From: Gracilinanus agilis
Lineage: Eukaryota
NCBI RefSeq assembly: GCF_016433145.1
Contig: NC_058130.1
Location: forward strand, 615,369,412-615,433,411
DNA: 64,000 bases
Reading direction: 5' to 3'
Of the stretch, positions 37,640 to 50,830 are shown in pieces; the first letter of the stretch is position 1; each line of letters begins with the position of its first letter. A program made the position numbers and the translations under genes. The notes beneath the pieces were generated by a model. The model was not told where the DNA came from. It did no database searches and worked only from the letters and a program-made list of their open reading frames with translations.

Positions 37640-38480
37640 AAAAAGTCCTATCTCTAACTCACTTTTCCATTTCTGTCAAGGGCACTACCATTTTTCCACA
37701 CTCATAATTATCCTCCACTCTTTGCTCTTACTACGCATAGACAATTTGTTGCTAAGTCTTATTCATTCTATCTTGTACATTTCTCCCAAGTGTCTCCTTT
37801 CTACCCACACAGACACTGTCCTAATTTAGGCCCTTTCACCTGGAATATTGAGTCTCCCAATTAGTTTCCTATTTTTGCCCACTCCTTTCCAGACTCCACA
37901 CAGTTGCCAAAATGATTTTCCTAAATAGGTCCGACCCATGTCACTCCCCTTCTCAATAAACTCCAATGGCTTCTTTTGCCTTTACAATCAAATACAAATT
38001 CTTCTGTTTGTCATTTAAAACTTCATTTTGGCTCCATCAGACCTTTTCAGCCTTATCATATGCAGTTTCCTTTCAAATACTTTAAATTTTGGCCAGATTG
38101 GTCTTTTCTGGCAATTTTTGTCATCCATCACATTTCTGATTCCATTTCCCATCTCCATGCTCTTGCAGACTCTTGAGTCCCATTCCTGAAATGTTCTCCT
38201 TTCTCACTTCTGCCTTTTAGAGGCCCTTGACTTCCTTTAGAGCTCTGTTCAAATGCTCTCTCCTACATAAGGCTTCTCCAGATCCCCACTACTGCTAGTT
38301 GTTGCCCTACCCCCAAACAATTCCTTGTATATATTTCGTATATACACTTAGATCACTCCATACAGAATATTATCTCCTTAAGACACAGGCTATTTCATTT
38401 TGGTCCATTTACCTCCGGGGCCTTGCACAATACCTGACATATCGATAGGTATTGATTGGTTGCTTGATAAATACTTATTG
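37640..38480 (+). mobile_element. L2 3' region
   Basis: ttttccatttctgtcaagggcactaccatt...catgtcactccccttctcaataaactccaatggctt...ataaatacttattgattgact. Confidence 0.78.
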
Positions 38481-39397
38481 ATTGACTGGTTTTATTAAGA
38501 CTACAGCAATTAGTTACATCAAACTACCCAAATCCATACATTCTTTGTATGACTTCTCAAAAAGAGAACGCGAATCATGGGATTTGGAGGTAGAAGAGGC
38601 TTTAAAGATCATCCATTTTATCACTGTCTTGCTAAAGAAACTGAAGGAGATACTTTGTCATGTTTGTTTATAGGGTTCTGACTTGAATAAAATTCAAATC
38701 TTGACTTCATCTGAGGGAAAAGGCAGGAAAGTCAGGAGGATGGAGCAAGAAATAGCTCACCTGGACTCTAGTTATGTCTTCTCTGCCAGGTTTTTAGTGG
38801 ATGACTTTGGGGAAAAAAATAATTTCACCCTCCAATTCCTACTTTTGTCTTTATAATCAGGGCTTATTGGAAAGGCAGTATAAGGGGAAACCCTGGATTT
38901 TGAGGTCTCAGTCCTAGTCTTGTTTCTACTACTTTGCTCACTTCCTTGGGCCACACTTTCCTCATATAAAATGTAAAATTTGACGTCATGAACATAAAGT
39001 TTCCTTTCTGTTCCACCATTTAAACCATTCTCTAAAGGGAAGGACACACTCTTGTGAGTAACTTCAAATATTAGTCAGTCCAGAAATCATGGAGTCATCA
39101 GACTATATGTAACTTCAGAGGCCATCTAGCCCAAAGCCCTTGATTTAAAGATAAGGAAACTGAGGCCCAGGGAGGATGAGTGACATCTCTGGGAGTTTAC
39201 CATCTACAGAACTGTTTATTTTGTGGCCCTTTCCGACTCCTATCTTGTGTGTATTTCCTGAGGAACACACTAGTTTAATGCTGAGCAGTGCTGCATCAAA
39301 ATGAGACTCATTGTAAATGAGTCTTTGATGACAAAGTAGGTCATCCATAGGAGGGATCATTGATAAAGGAAACCACTTTAATGCATTTAAAAGCCAG

Positions 39398-39443
39398 ATT
39401 GTGACATTCTTTTTTTTTTCTTTTTTTCCTCCCACCTGTTTAG
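39398..39443 (+). promoter_or_regulatory. 3' splice site of LYRM4 exon 2 (candidate branch point, polypyrimidine tract, AG)
   Basis: gTGAC at 39401-39405 (branch A ~39404), then a long T/C tract with no AG until TAG at 39441-39443. Confidence 0.85.
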
Positions 39444-39564
39444 AACTTATGCCATCAGAAGGATAAGAGAAGCCTTCAGAGAAAATAAAAATGTAAAGGA
39501 TCCTGCACAAGTACAAATTCTAGTGAATAAAGCCAAAAGAAACCTAGAAGTAATTCAGCGACAG
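39444..39564 (+). CDS. LYRM4: LYRM4 (ISD11) internal coding exon 2, 121 nt
   Basis: Bounded by ...cctcccacctgtttAG and GTAAGA. After 1 nt completing a split codon it reads [40 protein letters not shown]. This matches recalled human LYRM4 residues 30-69 ([40 protein letters not shown]) at 31/40, with the same exon length and phase as I recall. It lacks its own ATG, so it is absent from the ORF track. Confidence 0.97.
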
Positions 39565-40121
39565 GTAAGATGTATGCTTTGATCCTTCTGTCTTTGAGCT
39601 TATTGGCTTGAATACTTGTTCTGCCAATATAGATCATGTCTTATTGAAGCCTCAGCTTCCTATGAAGTTCTTATCTCTGTCCTTGTTCATATCCTTCATG
39701 GAGGATCCACCCAACTCACTTTCTCTATTTCTTTTATTATCTTGTCGGTCCCCAGGGTAGTACTTAAATTGCCTGTGACTGGCCTACTTCTTTTTATAGC
39801 TGTGAATGTCTTTGATAATGTTTTTAGTGCTATTTTCCAGATATGTCATCATTGGCAATACACTACATCCTGTCTATATCTACCATTGTCTCTTCTTGGA
39901 AAGATATATTGAAGATTTACTCCTCTCTTTTTAAAAAAAATTTAGAACATCCTATCATTTTTTTCATTCTTCCATGTATGTGAATTTTGTCTCTTTGAGT
40001 CACAAAATCTCACCCCTTTTATTCATTTAGAAATGGAAAGAAACAGATGGAAATTATGAGGTTATGGCAATCTACAGTACAACTCAGGTGACTAGAATCC
40101 TTGGAGAATAATTCTCTAGGG

Positions 40122-40325
40122 CAGTGATGGGCAAACTTTTTAAAGAGGGGGCCAAAGGAAAAGAAATGCTCATCTGTCAGTCTGTTTGTAAGGCAGCTCT
40201 TTTGAAGTTTCATTGTATTGTATCCTACTCATTGTATTCGTCAGATTAGGAATAATGTCACCAGGCTGGATAGAACATTTCAGGGGTCTGCATCTGGCTG
40301 TAGGCCTATCGTTTGCCCATCACTG
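40122..40325 (+). mobile_element. hAT-Charlie MITE (OposCharlie-like), 204 bp, intact
   Basis: TIRs CAGTGATGGGCAAAC / GTTTGCCCATCACTG (perfect 15 bp). Perfect 8-bp TSD ctctaggg at 40114-40121 and 40326-40333, close to the Charlie NTCTAGAN target. Confidence 0.94.
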
Positions 40326-43300
40326 CTCTAGGGTAATAGGGTTTTCCATAAAATTGCTAGTTCTTTACAGCCTAAAATTCTATTTAAATTAAGAGTTTTA
40401 AGGACAATTAAGAGTATTAATGGACAAAGTATTTTTTTGCTTTCTTAGAAAATAATGAGCTTAATTTAACCTTTCCTTGGTGTCAGTATGATCAATATTG
40501 ACTATTAGTTATTAGGATTATCTGCAGATGGAGTTAATATGGAGCATGGTGCTAAATGAATTGTTATCCATTTGTGTCTCTGAACCTAGACTTTCTTAAA
40601 AGCCTTTTTGTGAGCATTAATTCTGCCTTTTTACATCTTTCTTTTGAAGGTAGAGTGAAGCAGTTCCATTAACTCATAATAAGGTTGTTTTTCTGTAACA
40701 TTAATTAGAGAATAAAAGACTGAAACAGCCTTCTCCCAAGTGGTTCTCTCACCCTCTGGGATATCATTTTTATACTGTTGTCCTTAATGCCCATTTGCTG
40801 GTTTGAACCAATATAAAAAATTGTGATTGTGATACAGTTACACAGTATTCAACAAATGCCTTGTCATTTTCACCCAATTTTTCTCTCTCATTTATTGGGG
40901 ATGGAGGGAAAGAGGGGATGAATGAAGGAGAAGTAGCTATCACTAATTCAATAATTTGTGCAAGGGTGTTTGGGGAAAGACTCCAAAACCTACAAATTCT
41001 TCATAAGAAAAAAAATATGCCATTTTTGTTAGATGATACCAGGCTACCATTTCCCCAAAGCTCCACTTTATAATTTTCACTTTCAAAAGGATCCTAAGCA
41101 GCAATAGGCACAAAAATTGTATCTGGTCTCCATAAAGCTGAAGACTGTCTGTAGATAACTCTCTGTGAACTTTTCTAACGTCAAGAAGACGAAGTGCAGA
41201 TAATTAAAGCCATAGAGGACACCTAAATTTTTGTTGCTTGACTGGGAAGTCCAGCTTCCTAGTAATCCCTAAGGACACAACTAACCTCAGGAAAATAAAA
41301 GTCCTTTTTTAGTGAAAGAGAGTGAGCTGGACAGTCTTGTCTATTTAATCTCAAAAGGGATTGAAATAGTCAATAAAGTCACCTAAGCATAGTAACAGAT
41401 TTTACCCTTTATTCTTTTTACCTGCTCTTGAGATGATTATTTTTCTAAAAGCTGTGTCAGAATTACTTTCAGATAAATACCACTGACTTATTATAGTTCT
41501 GATACTCATCTTGTCCCATGATTTCTAAGAATATTTGGCATAAACATCTGTTGTATGTCTTTGTATGTCATTGTGGTCTACATACTAGAAAACACAGGAT
41601 GGTAATTAGAATTCGGAAGAGAATATGAAGTCACAAAGGACAGAGACCTTTAGAGTTAGAAACAAAACATCTTGGAGTCTCCTGACTTTACTACTAATTA
41701 GTAACCTTTGTGACCTCAGGCAATTACTTTTGCCAGTCTGTGTCTCAGCTTCCTCTTGATGGGGTTGAGCTAAACCATCTTCTAGCTCTAACTTTCTGTC
41801 TTTCTGTGGTTTTTATTTCCTCTGTTAACACCACTTTTTTAATAACATGGGGCAAAAAAATTAGGCTTTCATTTTCTCTATGATACTATATAATCGATAA
41901 TAAAGTAATATCTATCTCATATAGGAGATCTGGATTAATACTTACAAAGGAAATGAAGGTTACCAAGTCTTTCAAAATCTTTTGCAGCCATGTACCCTGG
42001 TGCCTTCTTTTTGGTTTCAGGAAACAGAGGGGAAAAAAGACTTCTGATTAGAGACTTTTTTCCCTGCTTTGCCATCTGGACTATTGTTTCAACTAAGTGT
42101 TAGAGAATGACCAAGCATGATTCTAATTGAAATAGCTGAAGCTACAATTTTTACAAAATCTGACTTTTCCAGGAAGCCTGGAAATGATAGAAATGGGTAT
42201 CAGCATAATATTGCTATACTTCTGTGGGATTTTCCCAAACAGCAAAATAAAGGCATTTATTTCCATAATGCTCAACTCAAGCCTTAAGATAAAATTAACT
42301 TTGTTTTAAAACTTTGGTAAAAAAATATAAGTATGGACTTTGGAACACTAGCATTCATAACACAGTGCCACAGTAGAGGAGACAACCCAATAATGAAGCT
42401 ATTCAGTCTATTGCAGTACTCAAATGTAAACAAATCAAAGGCCTAAGATTTGAATCCTACAGAGTGGCCAGATCCATTTGCTTCTTACCTTCCATAAGAA
42501 GATAGTATATTCTTCTTAGAACATTTGGCCCCCAGAATTTGTCTGAGGACTGTTTTCATCTATGTTGTTTGTAGACTCTTGCTATATTGTTGTTACATAT
42601 ATGAAAATTTGATTCTTTAATGTAACTAAGTCCAGTTTGAATTTACCTCAGTGATTTCTATATACTAAATGAAAAGCATAGTTATATGCAGGCCCCATAT
42701 CTGAGATGACCTAGATTTTTGTGCTACCTGGGACACATACTGGTTTTGGTACCTCCAGGCAACCTTCTAAAACTTTTAAGTGTGGAGCAGTCACTTGGTA
42801 GAAGGAGTTGCCTCTCAAGGGAGTGCCTTATACCAATGAAACAAAAACATACACAATGCTTCAAGTTAAAGAAAAGCATTTTCTGAAAGACTTGATAACT
42901 CATAACTCTCACCAAAATAAAGACTAAACAACTCAAGAAGACTATTGATGAAACATGCTTCCCACTTTTCCTGCCAAGAAATAAACTAGAAGCAAAGAAT
43001 AAGATTTGCAGTTTTCGATACAGATAATGTATAGAATTGTTTTGCTTGACTATGCTTATTAGTTACAGAGGAGTTTGGGTTTCTTCAGAAGAGGGGGGAG
43101 AGGATAGTGTTAAGGACACCCCACCTTACCACCCTAAAAAGGAAGAGCATCAACGAACCATTTGTAGAATTTCCAGAAGAGAGGAGATTCACAGGGAGAT
43201 ACAAACTAGCAGGCCAGCTTCAGAACTAAAATATTAGATGTATTATATACTTTTTTCAGAAGGAAACAGACCAGATGTAATGAATATACAGTTTCATCTA

Positions 43301-46300
43301 CAGTTATCAAGTTGGCTGATATTTGTTAATTTCAGAATAACAAAAAAAATTATATATATGGATATATATATATTTTTTTAGTTATCCTACTTCTTTCCCT
43401 GAAGATTAGGCTTTTGCATTTAGCACTAGTCAGGTTTCCCAAAGATCCTTAGTATAGCAAACAATCAGTGTTTTGTGAAGTTTGGCATAAATTCTGAATA
43501 GTAGGGATGAGATTTGTATCAAAATGAAGAATAATTTTATAATTTGCAAGCTAAGCACAAACAGAAGAAAAAGCACTACATGGTGTTAGATAAATGCAGA
43601 TGGAAATACTGGACTGATTGTACTCTAGTCCTGGTTCATCTCAGGACTCATTCCTCTGGAACCTCATTTATACTCGTATGCTCACAGTCCATGAAAAAAG
43701 ACAATCAATTTTACATAATTCACTGTTTTCTACCATCTTGCTTATTTGTTCACAAGCTAATATTTTTAATTGCATAATTCAAATACTGAGTGCATCTGAC
43801 ATTAAAATTTTGAAGCAGCTCAAAGCAGAACTTATTGCTTTAAGACAAAGCAATGAAGCAGATATTGCTTGTAGGGTACATTTTTTGTTGACTTTTAGTT
43901 TTCACTGTATTATAGTTCATCTTGAATTTACTATTTTTATCTTCATTTTTCCTCTTTTGGCATATCAGTAGAAGTGAAGTAATTCACCCAGAGTTAATGA
44001 TGTTTTCTGGAGTCTTGGAAAAAAGATCTTTTTTTGCCTTTATGTGCTAATTTATGGTTTAGCCTTAAAAGTGACCATTGAAAAGTAATGTCCCTAAATA
44101 ACTATTCGAATGTGCCTAGTGGGAAATGAGAAGCTAGTGACTAATGACAATCATCACTTGTTGTCATTCAATGTAGTATCTACCTTAAATGCCCTAGCCA
44201 GTGCTTATAATTTGATGAGAAGTAGAATTGCTTATCCACAATGCTTTCATACTAGTCAGGTAATAGGATCATTTTCAGCACTTTTGAAAAGCAATGAGAT
44301 GAACACTTCCTAGTCTTCTTTGCTCGTGAAATGCTGCATATGATGTCAGACTTTTTCATTGTATTGATTAGTTTTACTGAACTGCTTTTCCCCTTGTTTT
44401 ATTTTCTTTTATTAGGGATGACTCCCTGAGAGGAAGAGTGGAATGTAGACATTGGTAAATGTAGGTGATTTTAAAAATAAAAGATATAAAAAAATTTTTT
44501 GTTATAAAAATGAGATGGCAGCCTACCTCATTTTCCTCCTGCCCCATCCAAAAATACAACCCTGTACCATACTCCACACCTATGCAAACATAATTTAACC
44601 ACTGTTTCTAGTAGATTCTAAGAATTTTTCAAATTTGTTGGTTAGAACAGTTAATTTGAAGAAAGGGAAATCAACTCCTGGTAAACATTCAAATTCAAAG
44701 TTCATTCAGATTCATCAGTTGAAAACATTTTCAAGGTCTACCTCACAGTGGGACTTAGGTAGATAGGTAGGGATTTAAGCTGTTTTATTGGGCAAGTAGT
44801 TAACCTTTCTAAGCCCCAGTTTCCCCATGTACAAAATTAGGGAATGTGTTGCTATAATGGAGAGAAATGGAAAATGCAACTGCTGTAGATGATCTAAAAG
44901 TGAGTAGCCAGCAGAGAGCAATGTGGAAGCACATGGGGGATGTGGAGCCCACATTGAATGGACCAGTAAGGATCACTGAAAAACAGAAGAACCACCATTG
45001 GTACTCTTGTGATGTCAGGAGAAAGAGAGAAAAGCTTCTAATGCTTTGGAGGGACTATCTATGGAGAACTTTCAAGAAGACATAGACCAGAGCCACCAAG
45101 ATGATCAGATATGGATGGGTTGCAGTTTACATTTTTGAAGGGAACTCGTGAATCACTCATAGATCCATTTGAATATTTCAGATAGATCTGAGCTATAAGT
45201 CTTTCCTGCCTGCTATCTACTAGGGACTGTAGTAGACTTTGAGTAGGCTTCCCTGCAACCTACCTCTCTTCCAGAAGCCAGAAGCAAAGCTAGGAAAGGA
45301 AAATTACTTAGTGATGTTTGCCAGGGCTCTTTCCTTCCTATTTATAGGTTGCCCAAGCTTGTCAACCTCCAAAAGCCCAGGTTTCTCTAAGGAGGATTAT
45401 TCCTCTTCCTTAAATGAGAATCTTGCATTGGGTGATCTGCTGGCTCTCACCTTATATCATTTCTAACATTTCTTGGCTTTCCTCAGTCTTACCCCTTTTC
45501 CATCTTCCCCATCACCACTTTTTTGTTAAGAGCAGGAAAAAAAATTAGAAGAAGAAATCAATCAAAAAGTATTGATGAGCACGGAAAGAACACTGGACTT
45601 GGCATCAGAAGACCTGGATTCAAGGTCTAGTTTGGACATTTCCTGCCTAGGTGATAGTTGTAAATTGTTTGGCATCTATGAGCATCAGTTTTCTCTTTTA
45701 GAAAATGAAGATAATAATATTATCACTATCTCAATCCAATGGTTATCATGAAGAAGGCACTTCTTTGAGTCCTTTCTATTTCTAGATCTCTAATCCTATG
45801 ATCCTTCATTCCTTATCTGGGGTTTACATTCCTTTACATCATAGATGTGTTCCTAAAAGTTGAATTGAATGTTTAAAAATTATACCCTATTTAGGGTAAT
45901 TCATTCTTCAGAGGAATTATTTGGTAAATATTGTTCTACAAAGTGAATATTTATTCCCTTGTCTATTTGCTATGTAAATTTAGATTTTTCTATATCAAGT
46001 TAACTCAAAGCCATTTATTCCTTTATGTGTTTCCATATCATATCTATTCCATCTCTTCCAGAATGCAGATTAATCTCACTAGTCCACTTCGTAGATTATC
46101 TTTGACCCAGTTTCATCTAAGCTAACTTGCCTCATTTTTCTCAATAATGGTTCCCAAACTTTGTCCTCTTTTGCCCATTTGTTTTATTTTTTGCAATGAG
46201 AAAAGGTAGAAGTATTTTAATAGTTGAATGACATATTAGCACAATTAAGAAAATAATTTTGACTTCATGGACCTCTTGATAGGATGTTGTAGACCCCAAG

Positions 46301-49300
46301 AGTTCAAAGACAACACTTTAAAAACCAATGTTTTAAATATCAGAAACCATTAGGAAGCAGAGCAACATGGTGCAATGGGATTTGGTCAGTCAATCAAGAA
46401 ATATTTATTAAATGCTTTCTGAAGATCAAACACTGTTCTAAGCTCAGGGAACACAAAAATAAAATAGTCTCTGACTTCAAGGTGGCTTATATTTTATCCA
46501 TGTAGCTATACAATCATATATATATAATAGCTATAAAATGAATATAAAATATTTGAGAAGAAACTAATGAAGAGTTTTATTCAGAATGTAGTGTTTGACA
46601 TGATTCTTGAAACAAACCAGTAAATGTTAAGTTACAGATGAATTAGTATTAGATACTCTAAATTTAATTCCCACCTGACAGTAACTACCATGTGATGTCA
46701 GGCCAGCTACTTTATCTCCCTAGGCCTCAGTCTTCTCATATGTAAAATTATGTTACCCAATCATTATGTGCCCAGAAGATTGAGATTGATTTTAATATAC
46801 CCTAATTCGAACATAGAAATCTGCCTTTAACATATAATCTATGTATTTCAAAAATCATGGAATTACAAAATTAGAAATGATCCCAAAATTAATTTATTCT
46901 AATACCTACCCAAAACACAAATCTCAACAATATCGAATAGAATATATTGGCAGCTAGGTGGTCCAGTAGATATGTGGCCCTGGGCAAGCCACTTTACTTC
47001 TCTGATTCAGTTTCCCCTTCTGTAAAATTCAGCTCTAACTCAGAATATACTTGTGAAGATCACACTTTGCAAAACTTAGAAGCCTTCACAAATGCTATTA
47101 TGTTAGAGGAGCTGCTGTTTAATATATCCATTCTGTCATTCTCCCTCAACTACTCCACCCTGCCTCTCCCAGAAGTCATCAGCACTTGGCTCTAAGTTCT
47201 TAAAGTCTAAAGTGAGATGAAAAGTAAGGGGAATGCCTGCCAGACAGGCAGAAATCAGTAGAGGCCTTTACCATAGCCTTCCTTCTTAGGGACATTCTTC
47301 CCTCTCCCTCCTGATCCTCTGTGTTCTCTCTTGTGCCAGAATAGAAATAGGTATAAAGATTACTTCCATCAGCACTCTTATCACTTACATACCTAGATTG
47401 GAACAGATTAGATCAAAGGTTCAATTTGCATATATTAAAGCAGATGAAAAAGAAATGCTGCCAGATAAGGAGGTTATACATTTAAGTGCTCTGTCCTGGA
47501 CCTGGAAAAAAAAGTCTCTTGAGAGAAGCACTATAAATTTATATACTGCAACAAAAATTTCCTCCTAAAGTGAATTCCATATCTCTTAGCTCTATGTAGT
47601 CTTGAGCTTTGGGGAAGCAAGCCCTTGCAGTATCTTTATAAGAAGCAGAAATCTGGGAAATGTTTAATGTTGTGGCCTAGCCTCTGTGTGGCATTTGCTT
47701 TTTAAAATAGGTACCGTATATTCAGTACCTCAGCAGCTTGAGAACAGGCCTTGTCTGAGAATCGAGACTAACTCCCCCACGTTGGGCTCTGACCAGAATT
47801 TAAAGGAAATCACGAAAATCTGAGGCAAACCCCATCCTAGCATTAAACATTTCTGTGAAAAGCAGATGCTTTTCAGGCAGTAGGGCATCTTTCATTTAAT
47901 AAGCTTTGTGTAAATCAAGTAAATTTCCATCCTCTGCCTTTCAGGGCATAGTCTACGTTTTCCCCACTGGAATCTTGCTACAGTGGTTCACTGTGGCAAG
48001 GAGGCTACTCCAGGTTCTCAAATGGAACACAAGGTCTGACAGGCCCTTAAAAATACCAATAACCCACATTTATAGAGTGCACTGAGATTTGAAAAATGCT
48101 TTCCTCACCCTCACCTGTGAAGGTTATATTGTAGATAGTAGAAATACTACTCTTTTCCTCTTAACAGTAAAAAAATGAATCTGGGAAAAGTAAAATGACT
48201 TCCTTAAGGTCACACAACTAATTCCAAATGTGAAATGAGAGCCCTGGTTCCTTCCTTCTTTTGCTGTCTTTCTTATACCAGTCTTCTGTTGCTGCCTTTC
48301 TTGCGTCAGGCCTTCAAGGGACCTATATTCTCATCAGTATGGACACTAGTTACAGGTCACAGCTCTTTTTTGTCCTCTCATCTTTGCCAAGTTAAGACAG
48401 CAAGCATGTATGAATAACTTACTATGTACCAGGCATTTTCCCTAAGCACTAAAGATACAGTGAAAGACAAAAACAGTTCCTGCTCTCAGAGAAGCTCATA
48501 GTCTAATGAAAGAGGCAACGGAAAAATAAATAAAGGTATGCCTTCACATCATAACTTTCCCCATTGTGATTTCTATATATTGTAGGTTGGCATAAGAAAT
48601 TAAATGAGAATTCTTGAGGAGCTTTGTAGAAGCTATAGAAAACATGTGAAGACCAATTGACAACACAGGAAAAATTTAGGAACTCAAATGCGTAAAATAT
48701 GTACGCAGTATTATATAATATCAACATATTTTATCTTTTTTAACAACATAAATACATATAATTTCTTTATTAAAGTTAGAATAAGTAAAAAGTTAAAGTT
48801 TGCAAAAGGAACATGGAAGCCAGCATACGGCTCCCAAAAGCTAGACTTATGTACAGCCTATGACCAAATACTGAGCCCAAATTTTATAATAAGGTACTAT
48901 AAACACCACATAAAAGAAAAAAAATCAGACTTCTTTTCTGGTACAAAGGGAGGGCCAAAATATCTTACACAGATTTTCCAGATTGTATGGCACTGTATTT
49001 ATAACCCCCTCCATGTGGAAGGGATGCCTATATGTATAAAGGGGATGTGGATGGGATGGATTGGAGGTGATCTCACAGAGATCACACCCATATTGTTATA
49101 TAAATCCTCTAGTAACCAACATGCAAGAGACCTTCCTCTTGTTACTTGAATAGTTCTTAGGTATCTGTGTGGCACTCAGGCTTGTAGGTCTTCTTAAGCT
49201 ATAAACACCTAGCATATGATTTTTATACAGTAAACATGGTCCTGAAGCAGGATGAGCCCAGCAGAGATTGCAGAGGCCCATCACTAGGCCTTTCCAGGCA

Positions 49301-50569
49301 CACATTATTTTTGGTCACAGCAACTTATTTTTCTAGTGTGGTAGGGTTGTGATCTGTGTTGATCAGTGATCAGTGAAATCACAGATCTGCTAAAAGTATC
49401 CAGTTAAGTCATTTTTTAAAAAAAATTATCATACACTATACACAGTGAACCTAGAAAAGAAGCAAAACTGCCAATTTTCACTTGTGAGTTTTCCTTAAAA
49501 TTATAAAATTAAGAGAAAGGGGATCACAGATCACAGTCAGATGCTCTCAGGTTCCCTCCCTTCTTCTCTGCCAGAGCTGCTCTGTTGCTGTGAAATTTAA
49601 CTTGGTACTTAAAGACAGGAGACAGAGGGCAATTAAGTTTGTGAGTCTTGGTGAGGAAGGACTGTGCTGAAGATCTGTTCTTTATCTTGTATTGCTCATC
49701 AAATGGCAGAATGAAATCTCCAAGAACAAAGTTTTGTGTCCATCAGCTGTCAGCTGCTGCCTAAGCCATACTGTATAGAAGCTGCTTAGCAGGACTAGTC
49801 TTAGTCAACAGACATTTATTGAGGGTCTGCTGTGTAGGACAGCTCTGTAGTCGGAGTGGTGGGAGCAGAGGTGAGAATGGTAAAAGAGGAAATGTAAGCT
49901 TAGATAAAAAAAAGCCCTTCCTCTCCTGGAGTCATTATAGGACAAGACAGAGATAATGAACTCTGTCATACATTTGTGAGAGAGATGCAGGTCAAAAAAT
50001 GCATTGTGAGGTTCTGGTAGTAAGAATGCCAAGGCAGTGGTAAAGTAGAAAATAATAAATATGAGGGGGACAGAAGAAAGCTCCCCGAGGTGCATTAAAA
50101 CATGAGCTGAAAGTATTTAGTGTCACCACTGATGTCTGATGATTCTGGGCAGCAGGTGGGACAGAGGGTGAAACCATCAGGGCTCGAGTTGAATCCATCT
50201 GAGTGAACAGCCCTGCTCACCAGAACATAGAGAGCTGGGGCTGCATGACAGACTTTGCAGCTCACAACAGCCATCATTATTCAGAGAAGGAGGAAAAACA
50301 GCCAAGTCCGTGTTCTCTTCTTCAGCAACATTTCACAATAAAGAAATTACCACTAGAGAAGATCAGACTCCAAAAAAAAATGGGACAAATTATAGAAGAT
50401 GAGGAAAAAGTTATATTTCTTCTATTATTTTTTTAAATTTTTGTCTAAATATTCATATAAACCAGAGATTTCATTTCTTTAAAACACAGTTCTTTCATTT
50501 TTTTCAAATCCTTCAAAACCCCACACTTCTACACTATGAAATTATAGGAATCCTTTTGATTTTCGCCCA

Positions 50570-50830
50570 AGATCAGCCAATCAGTAAACATTTAGTAAGC
50601 ACCTACTGTGTACCAGGTACTGTGCTAAATCCTGGGGATACAGAGTCAAAAGACAGTCTCTGCCATCAAGGAGTTTACATTCTCATTAAGGAGACAACAA
50701 TCAAGTAAACATGTACAAACCAGCTCTATGCAGGACAAATGAGAATTAATTAACAGAGGGAAGTCACAAGAATTAATTGGAGTTAAGAATGGCTTCCTAT
50801 AAAAGATGGGATTTTAGTTGAGACTTAAAA
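50570..50830 (-). mobile_element. L2 3' end
   Basis: cagtaaacatttagtaagcacctactgtgtaccaggtactgtgctaaatcctggggataca. Confidence 0.8.

Larger units (their letters stand above)
1..39443 (+). other. LYRM4: LYRM4 intron 1 (partial; exon 1 inferred upstream of the window)
   Basis: No CpG island and no LYR-motif exon 1 seen upstream of exon 2. Human intron 1 is tens of kb, as recalled. Confidence 0.75.

Noticed and set aside
47755-47770. tgagaatcgagac matches my recollection of human LYRM4 exon 3 (ENRD)
   Set aside because: The flanks do not align, and it is out of frame with the nearby acceptor. One 13-mer match in 64 kb is plausible by chance.
50135-50205. Second TGATGA...CTGA pair
   Set aside because: No terminal stem and no recognisable rRNA/snRNA antisense element.
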